DNA of 64,000 nucleotides. Origin: Terriglobia bacterium. Its GTDB lineage: Bacteria > Acidobacteriota > Terriglobia > Versatilivoradales > Versatilivoraceae. The notes beneath the pieces were generated by a model. It was not told the origin of the DNA and did no database searches. It was given only the letters and a program-made list of their open reading frames with translations. The DNA lies in NCBI GenBank assembly GCA_041476565.1, contig JBGOTQ010000002.1, forward strand, positions 773 to 64,772, in the 5' to 3' direction. The translations under genes were made by a program, and so were the position numbers. Shown piece by piece: positions 19,872 through 29,278 of the stretch. The stretch's first letter is position 1, and each line of letters starts with the position of its first letter.

Positions 19872-22421
19872 ATGACCTTAGTTGTCAATAAACCCTTAGA
19901 CTACCCCATGACAGAAATCTCACACGCCGACCAACGGAGCTTCAAAGACGTCGTCCACAGGATTCTGAAAGGTAATGTCCCATGGGTGCTTCTTATAGTG
20001 TTTCTCAACCTTGTTTTCTTCGGGGATGTTCTATTCACAGACAAGACCTTTTTCTATCGGGATGTCTCTTTCTTTGCCTATCCGCTTAGGAAACTGGTTA
20101 CCGAGGCCTATTCTCGAGGCGAGTGGCCGCTTTGGAACCCTTACATTCAGTTAGGCCAGCCACTGCTAGCCAATCCTAATGCGATGGCATTTTACCCGAC
20201 TCAGGTGTTATTTCATCTGCTTCCGTTTCATCTTGCCTTTAAGCTGCACTTTGTACTTCATTCCACACTCGCAGGGATTGCGTTTTTCTACCTGAGCCGT
20301 GAACTTGGCATATCAGTTTTCTCGGCTTTCCTCGCCGCTATCCTTTACAATTTCAGTGGGGTCAACCTATCGTTTGTGAATCTATACCTTATTCTCCCTG
20401 CAGTCCTATTTCTTCCCCTGTTAAGCTTCTCACTGCTCAGGCTCTTGAAGGCTCCATCAATCCTACAGATCGCTTGGAACAGTCTTCTGGTCGGTTGTTT
20501 CTTCTTGTTGATTGAACCTCTCTGTACATTCGGGGTTGCTCTATTCGTTGTGCCCTTCTTGATATTGGGTCTCTTCTACATTCCTGGTTTGAGAGCTACA
20601 AGACGCGCTGCAATCCCCGTACTTACGGTTGTCCTCGTCATGGCCTTGCTTCTGGTTAGTGTCCAGATTCTACCCACCTATGAGATGGTGCAGAAATCCG
20701 GTCGAAAAGGAGGTATGGACTTCCAGGTCATCACTTACTGGTCCATGCATCCTATCAACCTCTTGCAGGTATTTTTCCCTAAGATATTTGGCGACTACTT
20801 CAAGCTAGTCAATCCCACATTTTGGGCTGGCCAATTCTTCGAGAATCGGGAACCTTATCTCATTTCGTCTTATATTGGGATATTTCCATTGATCATGGCA
20901 TTTGCTGGCTTGTTCTTTAGGCCTCAGCGCTGGCTGCGGATCCTCCTCGCCAGTGCGGCAGGGTTTTGTCTCTTGCTGGCTCTTGGCAAGTACACTCCTC
21001 TTTACGAATGGCTATTTCGTTATTGTCCTTTGTTCCGTTATGGTCGCTACCCTGTGAAGTACCTCCTTACCGTCAACTTTTGTATAACCTTGCTGGCTGG
21101 GTTGGGTATTGATGATGTCGTCAAGATTCGAGACTCGATTACTTTTCCCAACAAGAAGCTCTGGAAGCTATTCGCTGTTGCACTTGCAACCACTTGTCTA
21201 CTTGGGTTGCTCTTTTCAGCACTCTCGACCGAAACTCTCTGGTCAAGTTTGCATGGCGTCAGACTCAATGGAAATCAGCTGATCGCCACTCTGAACGGAC
21301 AAACGGTGATGATTGGGAGGGAGTTCATCCAAGGTGCGGTCAGGAAAGGGCAACTGCACTCGGCTTTCTTGCTCATTTTCCTGGTGATGGTCGCATCCAG
21401 AAGCGTCCGGAGTACCCTTATTCAGGCGGGAATCGCTTGCTTCTTGATTGTAGATCTCTTTGCCAGCAACTTCTGGGTCAACCCTCTAACTTTGGAGGAC
21501 TTTTATGATACCCCGCCTGTGGCCAAGTGCATTATCGACCAAATGAACCCGAATTCCCTAGGGAGGGTATATAGATTTCAGGATGTAGATTTTGAGAAAC
21601 TTCCAAATGTCCTAGGGGCCACCGATTCAGTCATGTGGGTTTCGCTTTACCGGAAACTGACCCTTTACCAGTTCCTTTCTGCCAAAGACCACATTCAGTT
21701 CGCTGTATTTGGTCCAATTGATCGAATGGAGACCTTACCTAGCCAGATCATCAGCAGTGAGCTCCGGAACATAAACACCTTGGAGGAGAAGCTGGACTTT
21801 TTGGCCGGGCTAAATGTAGGGTACATCCTCTGTATGCATTCACTAGAGACGCCGTTACTTTCATTGGACGGCCTCTTCCGGATTAACAGCGAGACTCCCC
21901 TGCGAGTTTACCGACTGAGAAACCGGTTACCGAGGGCCTTTTTGGTTCTCGATGCCAAGCCGTCCCAGGAGAAATTTCAGAGTTTTGAAAGCTTCCTGGC
22001 AGTGGATCCCAACACGACAGGACCAATACCGGCTACTTCAAGCAGCAAGCCCGCTCCACCTGCGGTTGGGCAAGTAAATGTCGTCCAGTCTCTGGTTCAA
22101 ATTCAAAGCTATGACCCAAACCGGATAGAAATGGAATCCAAGAGCGACAAAGCCGGAGTGTTAATCCTGCTGGACAGTTATTTTCCCGGATGGCATGCCC
22201 TTGTGGATGGCAAGGAGACGCCGGTAAAGAGTATCAATTTTGTTTTCCGAGGAGTGAGTTTGCCTTCTGGATCCCATCATATTACGCTCCGCTACCAACC
22301 CAACAGCTTCAAATATGGACTGTGGATCTCTTCGGTAGGTGTGTTCATTTGGATGATATTGTTCCTGACAGGGATTGTGGGCACATTTCGAAGGAGACTT
22401 AGGCAGCCGGTTCGATCGTGA
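19872..22421 (+). CDS. large polytopic membrane protein, YfhO-like (putative GT-C-type glycosyltransferase)
   Basis: The 849-aa product has about 14 N-terminal TM helices and a C-terminal extracytoplasmic domain. The W/P-rich first loop (EWPLWNPYIQLGQP) resembles the YfhO family. Confidence 0.5.
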   Translation: MTLVVNKPLDYPMTEISHADQRSFKDVVHRILKGNVPWVLLIVFLNLVFFGDVLFTDKTFFYRDVSFFAYPLRKLVTEAYSRGEWPLWNPYIQLGQPLLANPNAMAFYPTQVLFHLLPFHLAFKLHFVLHSTLAGIAFFYLSRELGISVFSAFLAAILYNFSGVNLSFVNLYLILPAVLFLPLLSFSLLRLLKAPSILQIAWNSLLVGCFFLLIEPLCTFGVALFVVPFLILGLFYIPGLRATRRAAIPVLTVVLVMALLLVSVQILPTYEMVQKSGRKGGMDFQVITYWSMHPINLLQVFFPKIFGDYFKLVNPTFWAGQFFENREPYLISSYIGIFPLIMAFAGLFFRPQRWLRILLASAAGFCLLLALGKYTPLYEWLFRYCPLFRYGRYPVKYLLTVNFCITLLAGLGIDDVVKIRDSITFPNKKLWKLFAVALATTCLLGLLFSALSTETLWSSLHGVRLNGNQLIATLNGQTVMIGREFIQGAVRKGQLHSAFLLIFLVMVASRSVRSTLIQAGIACFLIVDLFASNFWVNPLTLEDFYDTPPVAKCIIDQMNPNSLGRVYRFQDVDFEKLPNVLGATDSVMWVSLYRKLTLYQFLSAKDHIQFAVFGPIDRMETLPSQIISSELRNINTLEEKLDFLAGLNVGYILCMHSLETPLLSLDGLFRINSETPLRVYRLRNRLPRAFLVLDAKPSQEKFQSFESFLAVDPNTTGPIPATSSSKPAPPAVGQVNVVQSLVQIQSYDPNRIEMESKSDKAGVLILLDSYFPGWHALVDGKETPVKSINFVFRGVSLPSGSHHITLRYQPNSFKYGLWISSVGVFIWMILFLTGIVGTFRRRLRQPVRS

Positions 22422-22448
22422 TATAGACAGGTTTTAGGAGAATACTTG

Positions 22449-22805
22449 GTTAAAGGTGGCCGCCGCGCGGGTGACCGCCGTCACCCGTCGCGGCGGTTGC
22501 CGGGGTCAAATTGCTCGCCGCTCTCCCACCCTCCCTCCAAGACCGCCATTTCATCTGCGGGGGTGAACTTGAAAAGGTCATGGGGCACTCTCTTGCAAAT
22601 CCCCTCCCTTGGAGGGGTGGTGGACCGCAGGTCCACCGGGGTGGGTTGAAAGCTACGAACTTCGGATTCAAACCCACCCCTGGCACTAGCGCGCCTTCCC
22701 CTCCGTCGGAGGGCATTTTCATCATACGTGGCGCCCCCGAGGGGGCATGAAAGGCTCTTATGAAAATGCGGTTCTTGCTGGAGGGTCGCGCTACGTCGCG
22801 GCCCT
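22449..22805. repeat. Composite structured repeat, copy III. It runs B (22449-22495), C (22541-22601), a run of six or more tight GC hairpins (22601-22745), then a second B-like module (22760-22803).
   Basis: It contains the ggtcatggggcactctcttg core and the B hairpin gccgcgcgggtgac/gtcacccgtcgcggc. The overlapping minus-strand ORF 22450..22947 is frame-shifted relative to the copy-I ORF, so it is non-coding. Confidence 0.7.
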
Positions 22806-22938
22806 TATGGCTAATAGGGCGCATTTCTATAAGCTGTGTTGCGCCGTAACAAAGCATGAACACCATCATGAGGTTTATGATGTGTCTCGCCCCGTTGATG
22901 CATCTGACGATACCGTAAAGGAGTTTGAAGAAGGCCCG

Positions 22939-24936
22939 ATGTTGCAACGCAGATACTCTTTCCTTTTGTCACTTCTACTCTTCCTGGCAGGTTTATTTGC
23001 AGTCAGTCAGTCCGGCGGCTTTGATGTCAAAAGGTACTTCACTTTGTTGGCGGTCCTTGTGGGAGAGAGTTGGATCCCGCTATTGTGGATTCTGGGTGCT
23101 GCTGGTTGGGGATGGGTTGCTGAGTGGTTGTTTTTTGGCAAGACAGGCAGAGAGTTAAGCATTCAAATCCTTTTTGGTATTGGCCTTCAACTCCTTCTCG
23201 ATTGGGTTCTCAGTTGGACTGTGGGGTTGAACCATGGGCTTGCTTGGGGATTGAATGGTGTAGGCCTGGGGCTCCTGGCCATCCAGCTGGGTGTCGAACC
23301 ACAGCGGCTCCAAAGGAGAGAGAGACGGGGTCCCCGAAGCTGGGGATTGATGTTGTCCGCGCTTCCTACAAGCCTTTTGTTGGGTGCATGCACAATACCT
23401 CCAGGTATCCTGTGGCCGAGCGAATACGGTGGTTATGACGTATTGGAATATCACCTCCAACTCCCCCAAGAATGGATGAAGCTGGGCAGGATGGAGGGAC
23501 TTCAGCACAATGTGTTTTCATTTCTGCCTAATCTGGTAGAGTCTGGATACCTCCACTTGGCTCTCTACAAAGGTTCAGCAATCGAGGCAGGTTATGCAGC
23601 TCAGTTATTCAGTTCAGCAACGGCGGTTTTGGTGGCCTGGATCGTAGGTCAAACTGCTGTGTCGCTGGCGAGGAGAATCTCGCCGACAAGTGGAGTGGAG
23701 GACTCAAGATTGGCCTTTGCAGCAGGTTCCATTTACTTGGCGGTGCCGTGGACTCTTGTTACTGGATCCATTGCCTATAACGAGCAGACAATGATGGCCT
23801 TGGGAGCTGGCGTCTTATATCTCGCTTTCGGAAGGAAGCTTGAATACTCTTCTCCGAGAGGTGAGTTCCGCAAGGGTGCCGCAATTGGTTTTCTGTGTTC
23901 CCTTTCAATTCTGGTGAAGCCAAGCAGCGCGCTTCTGATCACAGCTCCGATATGTTTCTTATGGCTTTTCCTCGACCGGCCAAGAATAAGAACGTTTGGA
24001 GCCAGACTGGGCGGAATCATTAGCAGCCTCTTGCCGTTGATGACTTTATGGATGACACGTAATTACTCATGGACCGGCAACCCCTTTTTCCCCATGCTCA
24101 CCCAGTGGTTTGGGACAGGGCATTGGACCTCCGATCAAGCAACCCGCTGGGTGCATGCGATCTCTTCCAGCCTTTCCCTAGGAAAGCGAATACCCATGTT
24201 TTTGTCCCAGGTCCACGGCATATTCCACCCCCAGTTCGGCTGGATCCTGCTGCCAGCACTGGCCCTCTCAATCTGGTCCATAATAAAGCGTCAAATTCAT
24301 CAACAGTCACTGACTAAACTCCTTGGCATTCTCTTATTGCAGATTTTTTTTTGGCTCGGATTCACTCATCTAATGAGTCGTTTCCTCCTTCCTGTCCTGC
24401 TTCCAATGTGTGTAATAATCGGACTAGGTTTGGCCACATTGGACAGAAAGACACAGACGGTAGCCGCTTCGATCCTGGTGATTGTGTTAACCTTCCAAGG
24501 TTGTTGCCTCTTTTGGAACATCCGCGGTGGGAAGGCAGGATTGCTGATTGACGGAGTTACATTGATGGAATATGGATTCGAACCGTTTCGAACATTGAAC
24601 CAATTGCCTCAGGGCAGCAAGGTTTATGCAGAAGGGTTTGCGACCCCGTTTTATGTTAAGACGGCACTGACTTACCATACAGCTTGGGACACCAGCCTAA
24701 TGGGCGAAGCCATGGTGCAAGGGGGAGAGCGAGGTGCTCGAGCTTGGCTTCGTAATCAAGGCTACACACACCTGCTGATAGACTGGTACATGTTGGGATT
24801 ATATTACAGGCCTGGGGGATACGGGTATGATCATCGTATCACAGTGAGTAGCCTGACCAAATTGATTCAGATCGGGTTTCAGGAAGTCTATACGGATCCA
24901 AGGAAAAGTCTGGTGATCCTCAAAATCTCCGGCTGA
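22939..24936 (+). CDS. large polytopic membrane protein, possible GT-C glycosyltransferase
   Basis: I chose the ATG at 22939 with an upstream GAAGAAGG as the start. The ORF-track start at 22747 lies inside the repeat array. About 14 TM helices are predicted. A T9 homopolymer tract lies in the CDS at 24344-24352. Confidence 0.5.
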   Translation: MLQRRYSFLLSLLLFLAGLFAVSQSGGFDVKRYFTLLAVLVGESWIPLLWILGAAGWGWVAEWLFFGKTGRELSIQILFGIGLQLLLDWVLSWTVGLNHGLAWGLNGVGLGLLAIQLGVEPQRLQRRERRGPRSWGLMLSALPTSLLLGACTIPPGILWPSEYGGYDVLEYHLQLPQEWMKLGRMEGLQHNVFSFLPNLVESGYLHLALYKGSAIEAGYAAQLFSSATAVLVAWIVGQTAVSLARRISPTSGVEDSRLAFAAGSIYLAVPWTLVTGSIAYNEQTMMALGAGVLYLAFGRKLEYSSPRGEFRKGAAIGFLCSLSILVKPSSALLITAPICFLWLFLDRPRIRTFGARLGGIISSLLPLMTLWMTRNYSWTGNPFFPMLTQWFGTGHWTSDQATRWVHAISSSLSLGKRIPMFLSQVHGIFHPQFGWILLPALALSIWSIIKRQIHQQSLTKLLGILLLQIFFWLGFTHLMSRFLLPVLLPMCVIIGLGLATLDRKTQTVAASILVIVLTFQGCCLFWNIRGGKAGLLIDGVTLMEYGFEPFRTLNQLPQGSKVYAEGFATPFYVKTALTYHTAWDTSLMGEAMVQGGERGARAWLRNQGYTHLLIDWYMLGLYYRPGGYGYDHRITVSSLTKLIQIGFQEVYTDPRKSLVILKISG

Positions 24937-24951
24937 GCTTTTCTGCAAGAT

Positions 24952-26646
24952 ATGTCCCCGCAACACGTCGTCTCATTTGAATCACTGGAACTGTGTCTTC
25001 TTTGTCTCGCGATCGTGTGGGCCATTCTTCTCCCTCGGTTAGGAGCCGGGGCCTTTGCTGCCTTGGAGAAGAGGTGTCGGGTTTTAGCGAGGAATGAAAA
25101 ACAGGCGGTGTTGATGGTTGGACTATTGGCCTTTTCCACCAGTGCAGCCACGTCTCTCTTTATTCACTGGCCGCAACCGCGGGTTCCGGATGAATTTAGC
25201 TACCTTCTTGCGGCCGACACCTTCGCGCACGAACGACTGAGCAATTCTCCACACCCCATGTGGAGGCACTTTGAAAGTTTCCATATCATTCAGCAACCTA
25301 CTTATGCTTCCAAGTATCCCCCGGCTCAGGGTCTTTTCTTGGCAATTGGAAAGGTACTCAGCGGCCATCCAATTGTCGGAGTATGGATCAGCGCCGCATT
25401 GGCATGCGGGAGTATTTGTTGGATGTTGCAGGCCTGGCTTTCGCCCGGCTGGGCATTACTTGGGGGATTCTTCTCTATTCTTCGCATGTGCTTCTTGGGA
25501 TTCTCATACCCTGGCGCTCCATTTGGGTATTTCTCGCAAAGCTACTGGGGAGGAGCAGTGGCCGCCATGTCTGGAGCAGTAGCACTTGGGGCGGCTCGTC
25601 GAATGGCCAAGGAACCGAGTCTCCATCATTCCCTGATGATTGCCTGTGGTCTCGTGATTCTGGCTAACAACCGGCCCTTTGAGGGGCTGCTTTTAGCAAT
25701 TCCACTGGCCGTCTGGATTGGCCGATTGATAGCCAGACAGTGGGAGAATGGCGCGACAAGGATGGTCAGAAGGACCACTCTATCCCTTGCTTTGATACTG
25801 TCAGCTGGAGCAGGGATTACCCTGTACTACAACCTCCGAGTCACGGGACATTCACTGGTTTTCCCTTATCAACTGTACGAAAAGACCTACGCCGTCAGTC
25901 CCGCTTTCCTGTGGGCTCAGCCGAATTTAGAACCCGATTACCATCACGACGTGATGAGAGAGTGGGCACACGGCACCCTTTATCAATTCTATTTCTACCA
26001 GAAATCGGCAAAGGGAATTTTCCTTGCAACTTTGTACAAGCTGAATGTGCTGAGAAGACACTATCTGGGACTCTTACTGATGGTGCCGTTGGTGTTTCTG
26101 CCCTGGACGATGAAAAGGGGAGGGATGAGAACGCTTGCTGGATTTCTTCTGGTGATGATTGTCGGAGTCTTATCTGAAACCTGGGTCTTTCCTCACTATA
26201 TTGCTCCTGGCTACGGACTGATATTTGCCGTCGTACTGGGCTCGATGCGCAACATGAGATGCTTTTGCTACCGAGGGAAACGGATGGGGCTCGCGTTATC
26301 GCGATCGATTGTGGTTTTCTCTCTGGTTCTTGTCCTATACCCACTGGCTACTCGCATGGGTGTCAACCCCAAAAGCTGGAGTCTGTGGCGCGCCGATGCC
26401 ATTAAGGAGCTGACGCGAAGACCAGATCAACATCTCATCCTGGTTCGTTACCAGGCGGGTCACAATACGGATCTTGAATGGGTTTATAACGATGCAGATA
26501 TTGACAGCTCAAGGGTGATTTGGGCGCGGGAGATGGACCTGGGAAGCAACCTCAAGTTGTTTCAATATTTCAGGAAAAGAAGGATCTGGTTATTGGAGGC
26601 CGATAAGCTTCCACTTGTTCTGCGCCCGATCCAGGTAGAACAGTGA
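24952..26646 (+). CDS. GT-C superfamily glycosyltransferase-like membrane protein (ArnT/PMT-like)
   Basis: There are 10-12 TM helices. A DE-containing first extracytoplasmic loop (PDEFSYLLAADTFAHER) resembles the catalytic loop of polyprenol-phosphate-sugar-dependent GT-C enzymes. Confidence 0.5.
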   Translation: MSPQHVVSFESLELCLLCLAIVWAILLPRLGAGAFAALEKRCRVLARNEKQAVLMVGLLAFSTSAATSLFIHWPQPRVPDEFSYLLAADTFAHERLSNSPHPMWRHFESFHIIQQPTYASKYPPAQGLFLAIGKVLSGHPIVGVWISAALACGSICWMLQAWLSPGWALLGGFFSILRMCFLGFSYPGAPFGYFSQSYWGGAVAAMSGAVALGAARRMAKEPSLHHSLMIACGLVILANNRPFEGLLLAIPLAVWIGRLIARQWENGATRMVRRTTLSLALILSAGAGITLYYNLRVTGHSLVFPYQLYEKTYAVSPAFLWAQPNLEPDYHHDVMREWAHGTLYQFYFYQKSAKGIFLATLYKLNVLRRHYLGLLLMVPLVFLPWTMKRGGMRTLAGFLLVMIVGVLSETWVFPHYIAPGYGLIFAVVLGSMRNMRCFCYRGKRMGLALSRSIVVFSLVLVLYPLATRMGVNPKSWSLWRADAIKELTRRPDQHLILVRYQAGHNTDLEWVYNDADIDSSRVIWAREMDLGSNLKLFQYFRKRRIWLLEADKLPLVLRPIQVEQ

Positions 26647-26672
26647 GTTTCGAGCCGGAGTATGCGGTAAGA

Positions 26673-27263
26673 TCATTTTTCGGCTGTTCCCCAAAGATTA
26701 AGCAAAAACTCAAAATACCCGAATTTGACCTTGTTCATGGGAAATCCGGCTATGCCGAAGTACCAGCCTATAAGAGGAAGGGTGTAAGCATAAACGTGTT
26801 CGTCAATCTCCTCAGTGCTCACCAGCCCGAGTCGCGCCATCCGTCTTAGAATTGAATCCGACCAGGCTGCAGGTGTCGTTACGACGAGGATTCCACCCGG
26901 ATGAAGAATCCTATGTATGTCCTTCAGTAGCAGGACGAGCCTGTCTGGATCCAGATGTTCGAGCACAGCGAGCATTGTGACCACACTAAAGAACTGGTCA
27001 GCAAACGGCAGAGAGGTGTTCAGATTCAAGTCCAACGTATGCCACTTGATATCAGAGTAGTCGCTAGATGGTTCTACTTGGTCCACGGCAAACTTCTCTT
27101 TGAAATAGGTGTGGGCCAAGAAATAGGGAGATGAGCCACACCCGATATCCAAAGCCCTTCCTTTACGAAGATGCTCTGGAATAAGAAGATTTGCTCGACG
27201 CGCGCGCAACTTCGCCAAGTAAGGCTCGATAAAGCCGATTCCCCTGGTTGGACGTCTGGACAC
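26673..27263 (-). CDS. class I SAM-dependent methyltransferase
   Basis: SAM motif I is ALDIGCGSSPY, and VLEHLDPD and GGILVV motifs follow. Confidence 0.75.
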   Translation of the reverse strand: MSRRPTRGIGFIEPYLAKLRARRANLLIPEHLRKGRALDIGCGSSPYFLAHTYFKEKFAVDQVEPSSDYSDIKWHTLDLNLNTSLPFADQFFSVVTMLAVLEHLDPDRLVLLLKDIHRILHPGGILVVTTPAAWSDSILRRMARLGLVSTEEIDEHVYAYTLPLIGWYFGIAGFPMNKVKFGYFEFLLNLWGTAEK

Positions 27264-27307
27264 TGGTTCACCTTTACTATCGGTGCAGCACTAGTACCAT
27301 TCTTTCA

Positions 27308-27483
27308 TGAAAATGCGAGTTTTGGTAGCCACGGTTACGGCGCTCTTGGCAGTAACCGTGGGCATTTCTAACTTTTTGAAAAGCCCACGATTGATTCAAG
27401 AAGCGAATCAATCGTGGCTACCCCTGCCACTTTCATCGTGGTGGTGAAGTTGAAACGGTCATGGGGCACTCTTAGGAAAACCC
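27308..27483. repeat. Composite structured repeat, copy IV. It consists of an A module (27318-27429) and a C module (27430-27483).
   Basis: The framework is the same as copy II, with hairpins of different sequence that are still fully paired (cggttac/gtaaccg; cgattgattc/gaatcaatcg). The C module carries ggtcatggggcactct. Confidence 0.7.
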
Positions 27484-27610
27484 TCGGAACACGTGCGCCC
27501 ATACATCATTCAGGAAAGAGGCCGGACCCGCCTGAAAGGGCAATCTTACGCAGAGTGAAGCGTTCGACCATTTGGGGATGCTCGTGTCATGATGTGGATC
27601 ATGGCAATTC

Positions 27611-28504
27611 TCAGTCGACCCTCCTGATTGCGCTTTCGGGAGAGAGTTCTACCATCCCTGTAGATGGGTTAAGCAAATAGCGATACCCTTTAGGATCCAA
27701 AGGGTAACGATTCAACACCCCAATCTGTACCAGTTCTTGTAATGATGATAGGGGTTTCCCCATCTGCCTTTGCACCTTCATTATCAGATTCTGGAGAAGG
27801 TCGATATCATCCTGAGCTGCCAGTGCCAATAGATTCTCTCGCGCATTTTCCTTCACCTGGGAGATAGTAGCTGTTTCATAGGCCTCCTTCCAGAGGAGCT
27901 CTGCAGCCTTACGGCTTCCACCCCTGGCCAGGAGTTCAGCCGCAAAGGTCCTCATCCAAGGCCTGGCATTGGGCTTCTTGCTTCCCTCCAGAAAAGTCTC
28001 GGCTGCCTTTGTATAATCGTGGAGATACCAGTAGTAAACAAAGCCGAGATCCTTGTATAGCAACCACTCCTGGGGATTATGATCAATTCCGTTCTTCAGG
28101 AGGTCTGTGGCCTTCTGGGGTTGATTAGCTCCAATAGGCTCCCGCTCTGAAAGGAATATGGCGCCGAACCGGTAGGCATGCAGGAGGTTCGGATCCAAGG
28201 TGGTCGCAATATTGATGAGAGGCTCCAGCAAATCGAACCGCTTTTCCCCTTGCAATCTCTGGCCACCATAGTACTGCACAGCTCTCATCCAGTAGATATC
28301 CGCCAGGAGTCCATTGTTACCGAGAGAAAGCTTCTTAAGGACTTTTCCGGAAGTGACATAAAGCGCCTCCTCCTTGGACATGTGTTCTCTCATTCTCCTG
28401 TCGATCATTCTCTGTAGATGAACCACAACTAGAGAACTGAAAACCAGGCCAAGGAAAATCATCCACTCCACTCGAAATGCCGGCGAAGCCGCTGTCTTGT
28501 TCAT
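27611..28504 (-). CDS. membrane-anchored TPR-like protein (possible PilG-like partner of the adjacent ABC transporter)
   Basis: It has a single N-terminal TM helix and a helical-repeat periplasmic domain. Its stop abuts the start of the ABC permease. Confidence 0.45.
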   Translation of the reverse strand: MNKTAASPAFRVEWMIFLGLVFSSLVVVHLQRMIDRRMREHMSKEEALYVTSGKVLKKLSLGNNGLLADIYWMRAVQYYGGQRLQGEKRFDLLEPLINIATTLDPNLLHAYRFGAIFLSEREPIGANQPQKATDLLKNGIDHNPQEWLLYKDLGFVYYWYLHDYTKAAETFLEGSKKPNARPWMRTFAAELLARGGSRKAAELLWKEAYETATISQVKENARENLLALAAQDDIDLLQNLIMKVQRQMGKPLSSLQELVQIGVLNRYPLDPKGYRYLLNPSTGMVELSPESAIRRVD

Positions 28505-29278
28505 CTACTTAAAATTTTTCCTCTGAAACACCAATATGGAAAAGAGCAATATGCACGCAGAATAGACAAGACCATACAGTAGGGAATAGAGATAAACCTC
28601 CGACGCTATGAACCCGCCATGGGCCGTCTGTGAGATGATGTCGAAATTCCCAAAATTTGGAAGCAGATAGTACAAGAACTGGGAAAGTGCCTTAGTCAGG
28701 AAAGACATACTTGTTGACCCATAGACTCGTATATCGGTGTTAAAGTGCCCGATTGCATAGAGAGCGAACGTAAAAAGAGCCGAAAGCGCAGGAGTGGAGA
28801 AACTAGAGAAGAGAATGGCAATTGCCACTACCAGCATTAGTTCATCCAGAATAAGAATCCCTGCCAACAAGATATGGATGTCGGAGGAATGAATGGAGTG
28901 TCGCAGATAGAAAATGGAGGCAAAGATTCCCAGAACCATCACTGCGATATTCACGGCCAGCGTGAGAATCAGCCCCAGAAACTTCCCCAGTAGGAATTCG
29001 TAGCGGTGCACAGGCTTTGCCAGGAGACTGTACAGCGTTTTCTTGTCGATCTCTTTGTAAACCAGTTGAATACCGATGAAGATGGCGATCAACGTTCCAA
29101 ATACAGTCAATGTGCTCAGTCCCAGATTAATGATGACCTGGGTGACGTCTCCGATGGTAATCGATCCCAGGATCAAGGAACTGACAATGATGAGGACACC
29201 AAAGAGAACCAGGTTGTAAAGGATCTTGTCCCGAACACATTCTCGAAACGTATTGTGGGCTATTAAGAGGATCTTCAT
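28505..29278 (-). CDS. ABC-2 family transporter permease
   Basis: Six TM helices are predicted. I chose the ATG at 29278 ([11 protein letters not shown]...), which gives an ATGA overlap with the upstream ATPase stop. Confidence 0.75.
   Translation of the reverse strand: MKILLIAHNTFRECVRDKILYNLVLFGVLIIVSSLILGSITIGDVTQVIINLGLSTLTVFGTLIAIFIGIQLVYKEIDKKTLYSLLAKPVHRYEFLLGKFLGLILTLAVNIAVMVLGIFASIFYLRHSIHSSDIHILLAGILILDELMLVVAIAILFSSFSTPALSALFTFALYAIGHFNTDIRVYGSTSMSFLTKALSQFLYYLLPNFGNFDIISQTAHGGFIASEVYLYSLLYGLVYSACILLFSILVFQRKNFK

Noticed and set aside
27264-27610. A CRISPR array, considering the direct repeats.
   Set aside because: The repeat copies are hundreds to thousands of bp apart, unequal in length and not regularly spaced. 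There are no cas genes.
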